NCBI GenBank assembly: GCA_973895155.1
Contig: OZ316895.1
Span: 17,092,170-17,156,169 of the forward strand
Source: Marsupella aquatica
Lineage: Eukaryota; Plantae; Marchantiophyta
DNA length: 64,000 nucleotides
Direction of reading: 5' to 3'
The notes under the pieces were generated by a model. That model was not told the DNA's origin. It made no database searches and saw only the letters and a list, made by a program, of their open reading frames with translations. The translations under genes were made by a program, and so were the position numbers. Of this stretch, positions 1 to 12,500 are shown piece by piece; within the stretch, counting starts at the first letter, position 1; every line of letters begins with the position of its first letter.

Positions 1-1391
1 TTGTCAACACTTGTCGGGCTGATGGATTCATAGCTCTTTCCGAGATCTCCTGTAATTATTTGTCGGGCTGACGAGAGGGAGAACATACCAGTGGCTCCAC
101 TGCAGGAAACTGATGGCGACGTTTTTGACAGTAGTGCAAACAGTCTGTACCATGTAATTCCTTTTGGCCTAGGAAGCAAAGGAATTGTGGCCCTTAGATG
201 TTCACCACGAATCTAATCACGAAGCGAGTGGTTGCATGCAGATCGAGGATTGTAGCTTCGTTCGTTCGCCCAAAATACCAAAGTCATCGGAATGACCACC
301 TTTTCCAGTTTCTCAGACTTTGCGATCCGCCTTCATCACGCATCGTCAACCAAAAGCTAGGTCCTCCTCCCCTCTCTTGACGCACGAAAGATGAGAAGAT
401 CGGAAGGCCCGGATAAATTAGGGGCTAGTGTGTAGGACCAGTCCGAATTGCGGCGGGGAGATGGATATGGTAATAAAACTTTCAAGACGAGTGAAGTCTG
501 CGCAATTTGCTAGGGACTGATCAGGGCAAGGTTGGATTGAGTAATCTACCAAATTACAACTCCATGCCCTCGGATTAAGTCTCTACTCTCCAGGCTAGAT
601 TCTTTCATTCTCTTCCGCCTGATTAATCGAGTCTGGACAGTCTTGACATTCTTCCCTTCCCGGGCTTTGGAATTTGGATATGAATTACGTGACCGAAGCT
701 TTCCGAAGACATAGTCTGTCTGAAGTTCGCGACTTCGTGGCAGCAATTCCGCGGATTCGTAATTAATGTGCACAAACGTATCTGTACTTGCTTGATTGTT
801 GTCCCCTCACGCCCGCCATAACGCACGGTATCCTCCTGCATACTTGAAAGCCGCAATCTCGTACTGTACTGCCCTACAAAAAGGAAGTAGCGCAAGTTAC
901 GACAAACAATTCGGGGTGAAAACGCGAGGTTGAGGATATGGCCGTTGACGGAGTACAGACCCTCAAAGCCTCCCTGCTGTATGTGTATCAAGAAGGTATA
1001 CAATGACACAGACGTGATGCGGTCATTCCAAGGCTAGTACTGTACACCAGATCCCAGCGAAAGACCATAAAAGCGATATACTCAGTTGAACTGCGATTTT
1101 CAAAATGTCAAATATCTTGTCTGGTATGAAAATTACAAACTGTCGTTCTGTCGACCACTGTGCAAGCAATACGAGGCTTCCAATGTTAAGCACAACAACA
1201 CCCCGGCACTGCTTCAGGTCACGAAATAGTACGGCCATTGCCGACAGCCGGAGTAGGGAATGGACTTCGTCCCCTTTTCTGCTGACGTCGACTATCTTCA
1301 GAACGGGCGGATTGCTTCGTCACTCTCTGAATGACAACTGAACAATTTTACAGAAGAGAGTGCTACTCCTTTACATTTGTTGCTCCTGTAC

Positions 1392-4300
1392 TTAATTAGT
1401 CTCTACAACTTCTGGCGAAGCTATTGCGGGAATAATTGAGCCGAATTGGGAATTGCTGCCGATCGCGGCACCTTCGGAGATGATCAACTCTGCGATGTGC
1501 ACCAAGATGGATTGCTGCACCTTGTAGAACTCCGATCCTCCCTGCAGACCATGCAAACGTGATGGAAAAGAAAATAGTTCAATTCGGCATCTACTGACCA
1601 ACTTGGTATGCAAATTTATTGCATCACCATGAATCACGGAACATGACTCGCTAGCCGAAATATTGTCGCCCATAGTACATTGAAAAGATTCTTCTCAGTT
1701 TCCCAGCTCACTATTCAATTCACTACCTTTGGGTGGTATTCTCAGCTCATTTTCCGTTCCTTTCCTCGTTTGGCTTGAAGTACGATAGTTTTCTCAGCTC
1801 AGTCGTCAGTTATTTTCCGCCTCTGCATTATACACGCTTCTCAGCTCAATATTAAATTATTTCTTCTCCTTTGCCTTCAAGAGGTTTTCTCAGATAAGTT
1901 TTCGTTCTGTCCTCGTGGAAGTACTCTAGTTTCTCAGCTTAGTCGTCGGTTATTTCCTCCTTTGCATTTTCCATAGTTTTTCGCAGCTCAGTCTTGAGTT
2001 GCATCTTTTTCTTTCTTCTTTTTGGGGACTTGAAATGTTCTTTTGATCTGCTAATTCGCTTGTTCAGCTGAGTCTTCAGTTCTTTTCCTCCTGTATCTTT
2101 TCAGTAGTCAAGGATTGCCATGTGTCTTAGTTGAGCAGTTTAGATATAAACCTACAGCGATTTTGGATAGCTTTGCAAGGGAACATACCGCAGGTCGGAG
2201 AACGGCAGAGACAGCAATGATGCTATTACTAGCGTCGACACTCTTCAAGTAGCACACCGGTGTTGATCTATTGGTATCTACCTCCGGATGACTTTTCAAG
2301 AACTTGACAACCTCAGAGGTAATATGGTCGACGAGGAAGATGTCTTGCATTCGAACTGGAAACTGAGCTTCCATCAATTTATTCGAGGCCCTCGAGTAGT
2401 TGGTGATTACCTGCATCCCGTCATCATCAGCACTCCTATTAGTGTATTCATTCTTGTTTGGTTTCACTACTTTAACACAATCATCGGATGAACTACAGAG
2501 ATTGTCTTGGGCTATTCGAGGAAGGGCTTGGACTGCCCACAAGAACATAATAATGGTCAATCGAAAGGGGCAATCCTCACTTGGTTGATAAAATTCTGAT
2601 TGGGTACGATCATAGGCACACGCTCCAAGCTCAGAATCTTTGTCTGGAGAAATCCAATATCTTGCACGTACCCAGAGAAGTTCCCTGTCTGCAAGTTGGT
2701 GCACCAGTAAGACAGGTTTTGTCAGAATATGGAGCCATATAGGATCTCAAAGACGGCCCACTGCACACGTATTCCTAACAACCTTCAGATGAGCTCGAAC
2801 TCCAAACTCTACAATGCGATGGATGCCTACATTCCTTTGGGCTGTTTTTTCATGACATTTGTCACACCAACAGAAGATGCTGTTGCAAATCAAATTTTGG
2901 ATCGTTTCAAATGAATCCTCTGTCCAGATAGAAACGCTTGGCGGCAGATGTGAAACCAGCGACCAAAGATTTTTACATCTAGAGTGAAAACCAAGATTCG
3001 CAACCACTTCCAGACGAGAACGACTAAAATCAAATACAAAAGCATCACCCACCCCAATTTGATGATATCCAACGGGAAAACAAATTCTGGGAAATATTTG
3101 TGGCCGGAAGCGTCAAAAAATGAAAGAAAATTGCACACCTTGATGCGTTCACCAATGACGAAGGGGCGGGTGATGAACAGTACAGCACCCCCAAAAAAAT
3201 TGCTTACTATCTCCTTGGCTGCCAAACCGAGGGCAATTCCTGTTGCCAGAATATCAAAGAACATAAGTCCATAGTATGCTTTTGGAAATTACCTGTTTGT
3301 TCTATGAATTTTACTCGCGAGTGACAAAGATTTAGAGCAGGAAAAAGTAGAGATTGCTACAGTTGACTATTTGCCTCCCTATTTGAGTTAACTGAGCTCC
3401 AACCTCTCATAACAGTGTCAAGCAAGTGTAAAGAGAGCAGCGTCACGCTTTGCATCTGTCTTGACGTGCCGACTTACCAGAAAAGCCTCCAACTGCAAGA
3501 AGAGAACGGAGAGCGAATCCGGTGACGTCCCCAATACAACTAGCTGCAACAAAGTACAGCAACAACGAAACGACCTTGTCGAAGGCAAATATACGTGGCT
3601 GCATCAGATAAGACATACAAATTTTTCAAAATTAGCCACATGTTAACCCTCATAAATTGCAACGTGCACCATAGCAGTGTATGATTGAGAGAAATTTGGT
3701 ATTTGACATTTGGCATTTGGAGCATGTGACATTAACGAAAGCTGAAGAATTTGTTAAGGAATCAAAAGTAATTGGTAGAAGAAACTGACAGCATCCAGCC
3801 TGTACGTCGTAACGAGCCTATTGATGTAGAGAGCCTTCCACTTGAAAAAGAACCATGTGGTAGCAACAATTAGCCCTATTGCACGTATCTTCGCAGTTGA
3901 AAATTGTTCGAGCCTTAGCTTTAGCAGTGGAGCTGCAACATGACCTCTACAATTCAAAAAACACCCATTCACATTAACCAAAAATGAGAAACAGGAGCTG
4001 AAAAGCAGATTTCAAGTCTCTCCTTACATTCTATGGAAGGACACTGAACGAAAAATGAGAACCAAGGAGCTCATTTCAAAGCTGTCCTCATTGTTTAAAA
4101 AAGAATACCCTTTCACAGCAACAAAGGATGCTAGGAAACGTTAGGAGCATATTTCAAAACTAAGGAGAGAATTGTCTTTCTCCACCAAAATAGGCTAGGT
4201 ACAGTTAGCTGATAAACCACTTACAGACGAGTTGTAGCCCAAACGACAATTAGAAGCCGCAATGGTTTGGTCATGGCCTCAAAGCTTGAATTTTCGTAGC

Positions 4301-6218
4301 ATTCTTCAGGATGTTCCTTACGATCCGTGTTAACAAAATAGATCCTACATTTAAACGTACGCGATCAGTCACCCCAAATCACTTACACCATTAGGTGATG
4401 TTTAGGTAAATTATTGGACCACCGTTGCTACCCCACTATAATCAGAAACGGAATATGGATATCCTACCAGTTCAACCACTTGCATATAGAGTCAACTTTA
4501 ATAAACAGAACGTAGAAGAGACCGAAGTGCAGTACTTCCCGGAGAAGAATAATCGCCTGCACAATTCAATGAATTGCTGAGATTTAGAGAATCACTAGAA
4601 CATCAGAAACTAGGAAAATTAAAAAAACACCCAGGGAAGAGCTACCGTAGAAGCTGCAATTAACAACCACTAACTTCCAGCATGCAGCACAATTCTAAGG
4701 TCTATAGATCCTACCACCAGGTGAGGGTGTAGAGGTGTGCGCTATTGTGTAGATAGCTTCAACTTACAGGCACTTCAATACTGTGTACTCTCTGATGAAT
4801 TGGGTCAGGCAGCCACGCTAGTGCATCGAAATCCTTGGGAAAATAAGGAGCGAGTAAATGCTTGGCCTTGAAATAAAAGAAACGAGAAATATCATCAATG
4901 ATGGTTTCAGCGCTTGGCGGAGTCGGTCCTCCAGCACCGAGACCACTATGCGCTTCCACAGTAGATCTTCTACTCCTACGTGGCAGAGCAGAAAATCCCG
5001 ACTGTCTTGTGAGCCGCTGTCCTGAGAAAGTGGTCAGTGCCTGCAGAATACGCAATGAAGCAGGAGGTGAGATGGAATTGCTCGGCGGCAAAAGGGGCAA
5101 ACACCTAATAGCCTCTCTCGTCGCAACATCGGTCCACCATAACTTTGACCTGCAATGTTCAATTCTCCATTTATGGTGACTCTATTATACGTCCGGCTCT
5201 GCCATTTGCCGATTCCGACTTGCACACTTGACATACACTGGAAATGTCAAAATTGAAGTTCCTGCGCCTCACTCTGGTACAGTAGCTTTGAAAACTTAGT
5301 CTGCTCCTTGCCGCTTATACTCACTCAACAGTCTTGTGGTACCTGAACTCAATTCAGTATAATTCAATTCTCTCACAAAATTAACAGAACCTCTCTGCTT
5401 CAATTGCTCAGAGTTCTCAGTTCCCGCATCTTGGGACTCCTTGGACTGTGGAGCAAATTACGCTCAATTTCCTTGCACACTCAAAGCGCAACCCTCCATC
5501 GTCCAGCGCGTGAGAAATTAGAGCTACTTTAGCTACGAGAGTGATTAACATTCTATAGGCACACCCGTTGTGGCTCTGCACTGTCAATCGCATGCACCCG
5601 TTGCAGCCGGTATATTGGAGAATCCATCTTTCCGCGTCTCTTTAGTTGCAAATGCTGCAGTTCCATTTTGGTTTAGTTTTAAAACAAGCGGCTGACCGAA
5701 AATTGTACTACGATGCAAAGCGACGGCTCACTGATTGGAAAACTGTCCCTGTTTGGCCATCATTGTCACTCAGCTAATACCTCAACTTGATATATTTCCA
5801 CGCTCATGTTAGAGAGGCAGAGAAACAAAAAGAAACATAGAAAAACATCTAGAACGAAGAGAAATACACGAAGCAATTAAAGTCTAGCTCGGAGGTTGAG
5901 AGCGAGAAGGAGAGACGAAGTAGTTGTTAATTAGATTCTGACAGGTATCGCTCCGGTCCAAATTTCAGGACATTGCGACTGTCCCATAGACAGCCCCCAA
6001 CAGACACACAGGCACAAATTCTCCCAGACTGCAAGGTTGATTCAAAAATTCTCCCATATCAGCGCATTAGAGTGAAATCTGACTTGGAATTTCCTCGGAG
6101 CCGTCACCGCGACAGCGCAAAGCTGCCGATGCGCACCACTCGCTGCCGTAGACTTCAACCCGCTACCACGATAACTGACTAGAGTCAACTCCGCTCCTAC
6201 TACCACTGAGGCCGCCAT
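1392..6218 (-). CDS. MscS-like mechanosensitive ion channel (MSL1-like core), ~491 aa, putative organellar transit peptide
   Basis: Hand-spliced GT-AG exons 6218-6084, 5040-4768, 4556-4468, 4344-4225, 3946-3790, 3598-3478, 3239-3139, 2688-2581, 2410-2189, 1541-1392 give one open frame of 1476 nt. It contains the MscS pore helix and beta domain LLAVGGFSGIALGLAAKEIVSNFFGGAVLFITRPFVIGERIK-TGNFSGYVQDIGFLQTKILSLERVPMIVPNQNFINQVITNYSR. The join of the first two exons is the least certain part. Confidence 0.88.
1690..2105. repeat. Degenerate ~48-bp minisatellite in the last intron of the MSL gene
   Basis: TCTCAGCTCA-like core at about 1693, 1740, 1792, 1839, 1888, 1932, 1981 and 2064. Confidence 0.7.
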
Positions 6219-6854
6219 TCTCCCGGGCCCTTCCCCTCCGCAGCAGCGCTTGCCTCCAAGAAATCTACCCGCCCCGCGCCGTCCCGTCACAACTTCAGCT
6301 GTGGAAATGGCATCAAGCCAACAATACCTTCGTGCATCTCCGGGACACAGTCCTCTCCTCTCCTCTCCTCTCCTCTCTAAGCTTGTGAAATCCTCGCCCA
6401 GCCTCCAATTGTGCGAACCAACAGAGCCGAAACCCGCACAACATTCCGAGAGGTGATCGTTCAATTGCCATTAGAAAAGCTCCCACTGACGCTAGAGCAC
6501 TGTATTGGTAGGAACACGATACTTCGTGGAAGGATCGCTCGGCTGCTCTAAGGTTCGAAAGGAGAGGCAGAAATGTGACAAGAAAATCGGAACGACCAGT
6601 AGACAGAACAATTGTATGACACAAAATCACAATCATGATCGGACCGCATCTATTCATTCTTTACAGTTCGACAAAAGGATTGCGATTCGACAAATGAAAC
6701 CAGAGCAGTTGGAAACCACCAAAATGCCAATCCGTTTGCGGGAGAAGGTCGGAGCGCCGGAAGCTCCGGCATGGCAGACGACAGTAGCAGCGTGCATTGA
6801 CGTTGCGATGGCGCCATGGCAGGGCGGCTTATGAAACGGACGGCTCATGAAAAA

Positions 6855-7550
6855 GGTCACTGCTGACGAAATGATTCTGTGCTTTCGTTATGAGGGTGAG
6901 GGCAGAGGATTATGCGAGGGTGACATTGCCGCTCAATCAGCCCCGAAGGAGTTGAGGGTACCAAAATTGACTGCTGACGAAATGATTTTGTACTTTCGTT
7001 ATGAGGGTGAGGGTGATATGAGGGTGAGGGCGGAGGATAATGAGGCCAGTAAATATTATATCAGTCTCCAAGGAGTTGAGGGTACCAAAAAAAGTGACTG
7101 CTGACTGTATAATTATGCACTCATTATGAGGGTGAGGGCGGAGGACAAGGCGAGGGGGCGATTGACGCTATTCAATTAGCCCCAAAGGAATTGAGGATAC
7201 CAAAAAAAAGTGACTGTTGATGAGATGATTCTGTACTTTCATTATGAGGGTGAGGGCGGAGGATAAGGCGAGGAGGGGGATATTCCATCAGCCCTGAAGG
7301 AGTTGAGGGTACCAAAACAAGTGTCTGCTGAGGAAATGATTTTGTAGTTTCGTTTCGAGGGTGAGGGCAGAGGATAATGGGGAGGGTGATATTGACGCTC
7401 TCAATCAGCCCTGAAGGAGTTGAGGTTACCAGAAAAAGTGACTGCTGACAAAATGATTCTGTACTTTCTTTATGAGGGTGAGGGCAGACGATAACGCCGC
7501 GAGGGTGCTATTGACTCTATTCCATCAGCCATGAAATTGTTGAGGGTACA
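6855..7550. repeat. Tandem array, about 6 copies of a ~115-bp unit, upstream of the MSL gene
   Basis: CTGCTGA..AAATGATT.TGTACTTTC.TTATGAGGGTGAGGGC...GGAGTTGAGGGTACCAAAA recurs at about 6860, 6971, 7098, 7214, 7325 and 7442. Confidence 0.92.
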
Positions 7551-9515
7551 AAAGCCATCTCCTCTCCTCTAAATCAAACTCAACCTTACCACTCACGGAT
7601 CTTCCTGACTTTGTAAATGGACCAAATGATGATCAAAAAGTTGATCAGCTCTTAACTACATTTTTGTCACTAAAGATTTCAAAATTGACAATATTGTGAT
7701 TATTGTTTTTATTGTATTTGTAAATATAAGACTACTATGGTACAGGATTTAGTATATGGCAGATTTGAACTCGGCACAAATTCCTAAGGCCTAACTCATC
7801 TGGCTTTGGTGTTAATTCAACCTCCTTCCATCCGTGCACTTTACTTTCCAAACAATTTGACTAATCATCCTAGGTTAGCATGATCTGTCTCTCAAACTTG
7901 GGATGTCCTACTCTACAAATATCTCAATTGTCTAGTACAAATAATAAGACAATTTATAGCAAACATACAGTTTTCATGTATAACACATTTTGATAAATTA
8001 GCTGGACTATCTATACCTGTGTTTGCAATAGAATGTCCATTCACTCCCTCATTCCTTTTCAATAACAACAGTTTAAGTCACCAAAATTTCAAGCTTGGAT
8101 TTTCAAATGCCTCCTTCAAAATTGAGGAGAAACTCTGGCAAACAATGATCCATAGGATGCCTGCACACTTTAAACCACAAGTGTACATCTAAAAGCTATG
8201 GGTAACCTGTAGCTCTCATTGTCATTATGAATGGATGAACCAAAGCTCTCATTTCCATTATGATTGGATGAGCTGAAGTGTTAGAATAGAGTCCACCTTT
8301 CATTTTTCCATTTTTTTCTGTAGGTTCCACTATTCACTCCTACCAGGGTCTGAACAGGAACTGGGCAGGGAAAGGGCCATTTTATATGGGCAAACAGCCA
8401 ATAGCCAAGACAAAAATGTGGTTACACAAATTTCACCATTTTCAGTACTTTTTCTCAAAATTGTGGAGCAAAGTCTCACGGTAGAGGAGAGGAATGTGAT
8501 AGAGAAAGAGGAGAGGAAAGTGATAGAGAAAGGGAATGTGAAAAAGTGAAAAGTTTTGGACACTCCTCCTTTTAGATGGCCAGTGGTGGTTTAAGGAGCC
8601 TGAGCCTGTGTGCAATGCTTCCTCACATCAATAGTTTCCGAAGTGGTTCCTCTCATAAATAGTTTCCGAATGGAAGAGTAGACAGGTTTTTGCAAAAAAA
8701 ATGAGGGCAGATATCACAGAAAGATTAAGTTCCTACTGTAGTTCTCAATATGGTTGCGGGTTCGTTTGAGTAGGAGTTATGATTTATGAAGATGAAGATG
8801 AAGATTCTGCCTCAGTTGCTTCCAATTGCAAGGCACTCTAGTGGATCTGCACCACGGTATATATGAGATCTCTCTTCGCTCAACAGACGGTAGAGCATCC
8901 AGAGAGAGACTGCACAATACCACAATAGGGAATAGGGAATAGGGATGATCGTCCACCACTGTACTCTGAAGGACATTGACCGACAGTCCAATGTCGCTTA
9001 ATCTAAGGAAGCGTTTGTACAGTACACCAATGCAAAAAGTGGAGGTGATCCAGAGAAAAGAAAGAGTGCGCCATACGAAAATGATGGAGATGATCACTGA
9101 CCAAGTACGTGTACTCCGACTGGCAGTCCAAGGTTGCTGAAATCCAACACGTGGGACACGTTTAGCTGGTGATATATTTTCCGACGGTGTTTTGCTCGAT
9201 TGGATTTACGTTTTTGTTTAAGTTCAAATTATAATCATTCACTTACCGTAGGTTGTCTTTTGTGCTTGAAACAGATACAGAATGAACGTTTCTGCTTTAG
9301 GGTTTGAATTTTGGTGGAAGGAATTTGATGCAGATGTGGAAGAATTTTGTTAGGATGAAGTTCGACATGTAATCTAGTCTTCCACTACAGTGATAATTCG
9401 CAGCTTCGTTCCTCGATCCGCTCCGATCCATTATTTCGCGGTGACTCCAGCGCTTGATTTGAGAGGATATGGTCGTCGATGTAGTGATTTTGAACTAAAT
9501 TTCGAGACAAAGAAG

Positions 9516-12500
9516 ATGGCCAACATGGCGGAGTGGGAATTGGAGAAGGAGCTGGAGCAACACACGCAAGAGCAGCGCGAATCTGCGATTGCTATAGATG
9601 ATGCGCTTGCCGTCGATCCTACGAATGAGGAGCTCTTACAGGTATGCACGTCAATTGGCTTTTGCTCCTTTCTCAAAACGGGCGACTGCTTATGTCTTCG
9701 ATTGTTCTTGTTTCAAGAGGACTTCTGAGCGTGCGAAAGTGCACTTCCAGGTATTTTGTGGAAGTGTTTCCTCTTCACTACTCAGAATGATTTCGACTGT
9801 CCTTACCTAATTGAACCTAATGTTTTCGCCATGAAGATGCAAGAAGAGCTGAAGGCTTCAATTAAGGCCGCAGAGCATAGCCTGTTCCAACTGAAACGCG
9901 CTAGGTTACTACAAGAGGTGGATGCGATGACACGAGCTTCTGAAGGCGCAGTTCGTGCCTCACATGCTGTCGAAAGTCAATCATTGAAGCCCGATGAACG
10001 AGAACCAGAGGAGCAGCAGGAGCCTTCTTTCTCTGTAGGTTCGAAATGCCGGTTTCGACACACAAACGGTTCCTGGTACAATGGCAAAATATTCTGGGTA
10101 GACGACGAATCTGGTTTAGCCCGGGTCTCCTTCGTATCTCCAACTGCCGAAAATATGCAGGTATAATATTGCCATCATGCATTCGATCTTTAAATCTCTT
10201 CAAAAGACTTAGTACTCATTCTCTTCTATTTAACGGTGCATAAATGGAATGGGATTCTCAGCACGCAAGGATAATCTGCGGAACGTACAAACGTACTACA
10301 TTAAGAGAAATTGGATGTTGTTTTCCGTTGCGCTGAAGAACCACGTTCCATTCCGACAGCAAACATCTACCCTAATCCCGAAACGAACTGGATAGAAATA
10401 TCGTGGGACGTTAGGTATTGAGATTTAATGAAAGTCCGAGGATCGGTGATACTCAGGACATGTCTGTTAAAGTCCTATGAGAAGTGATTCTAGCATCTAA
10501 TAACAGTACTTGAGGGGAATAAATGTCACACATCTGTCAAAGCCTCATCCGAATGACCAACGTTACTGCAGCTATAGTCATCGGATTCATCTCAAAAACA
10601 ATTCTTAAAGGTTGACCATGACGGCGAAAAGAAGGACGGATCCCTCACATCCAGTTTGATTTGTGAGAACCGATAATTAGGCATGATTTTGTCTAGTAAC
10701 ATTGTGCTAGATTTTATGAACAAGTTCTGCAGTACAACGCAAAGATGAACACTGGCGAGGAGATTGTAAAATTTGTTACATACAATATTCGAAAGCAACC
10801 AATCCAGTTAATAAGACGATTTAAGGTGCATCAGAATAGACTTGTCTGAGAAGGGTCCAATGTGAACCAGACTTTGCTTTGCAGAACATTGCAATTCGTT
10901 GAATTTGCTGTGCGAATATCTTTACACCTGCAGACTTGAGAAACCCCTGATTCCGTCTTTGGAAAAGGTGGGTAGTATTTAGTTTAACATTCTCAAGATA
11001 TTCTCTCCCACAGATGTCCCAAGTCGAAGAGCTGTACATTTGACTCAAAAACTTACAGTCACGTTATGGGGGTCAGAAAGGATTCACACCAAGTTGTATA
11101 CACTAGGACTTGTACAGGCCTACACTGTGAACCCTTTGATCCCGGAAACGTACAGGGAATACAATATCTTGTTCAAACCAGTAAGCTTTTGGGCCTGGAA
11201 ATTCTTCAATGCGAGCTGTGTATAAGATAGCAAGTTACGTTGACTGGAGAAAAAATCACTCACGGCTGGTAAAGCACAGTTATGGAACATGAACTAACAA
11301 TTAAGTCAACCCAAGTGCAGATCTGCAGATTCTACCTGCAGCAGCGTTGTCGGTTTGGTGGTAACTGCCGCCAGTCTCATGGTATGTGCCATAGTTACTG
11401 CGTTGTTCATTTCATTCTGTGATGGGTTATTGAAGTCCAGTGCGCCTTAGGACAACCATCTGTGTGCACAGAAATTGGAAATTTGGTAGATAGGCTCTGA
11501 CGGACGAGCTACTACTACAAGTGGTAGGAACTGTGGACCTGGTGAGTAGAATAAATAGAGAAGACAGTGGTTGATTCTTGGGAGAAGAAATCACAAACTA
11601 CTCTGCACCACTTGACAGAGTACAAACTCTATGGTCTGTTTGATGTAGTCGCAGCATTGCCCTGGCCTGCGCTTTGACCCAGGTTCAAGCCTGTGTACTT
11701 GCGCTCGTAGTGATTGTCGTGTACTATGTCATGCATATAGGTTGGAGGGACTAGACACTAGTATAGTCTTCTTGATTTGCGAATGACTGAAACAACGGAA
11801 GTATAGAATTGTTTACGCTTTCATTATAATTGAAAAATGATGTAGGATAAACAGGACTATTTTTTTTTAGTGCAACACGTGCTTGTCAGATCAGACTTAG
11901 AGGTGTCTACAGTTCGATCCCTTAGGTTTCACATGTACAGAATTGTAACAAACGCATAGGTGCAATTTTATGTTAGACTGAGATCATCCACTCAGCTTAA
12001 ATCCAGTATGTGAACCAGTAACACAGGTTTACTTCCAAGTGCTACTGAATAGGGTCACCGTCTGGCCCCGGACCCTTTTATTCTAGCGGTAGCACTTGGA
12101 AGTACTGGCTCAGGATCAATCACACTCCCACTTCAGCTAGTGCTCCGAGGTTGGACTCCTGTAGACTTGATATCGGTTCATTCATTCTCCTATGTTAAAA
12201 ATGATGCTTCTTGAGGTATATCATCTCTAGTCTTTCTTCCCCAGAGCGTAGAAGGACTAGCGGACGAGATTGACTGAGGCTTACATCCGCCTGAAATTTT
12301 GTCTCCCCATTAGGGTATGATTCATCTGGCTTCGTTAGTTGTGGAGGGCTAATATTAAAAGCTGTTCACTTTTAAATGTCTTCTCGGACTAACTCGATTT
12401 TGATTGTAAATCCATTTGTAAGAACTGCTTTTACATGAGGACTAGTCTTAATTGGAAGCTCAAGTAAATCTAAGCTTCTATGCCTTGTACAAAATGGAAT

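Noticed and set aside
1-1390. ORFs 623-1009, 546-773 and neighbours as a separate gene
   Set aside because: No recognisable motifs or consistent exon chain; more likely UTR or intergenic sequence.
9298-9305. Telo-box (AAACCCTA), also at 29940
   Set aside because: Single short motifs; plausible but not distinguishable from chance here.
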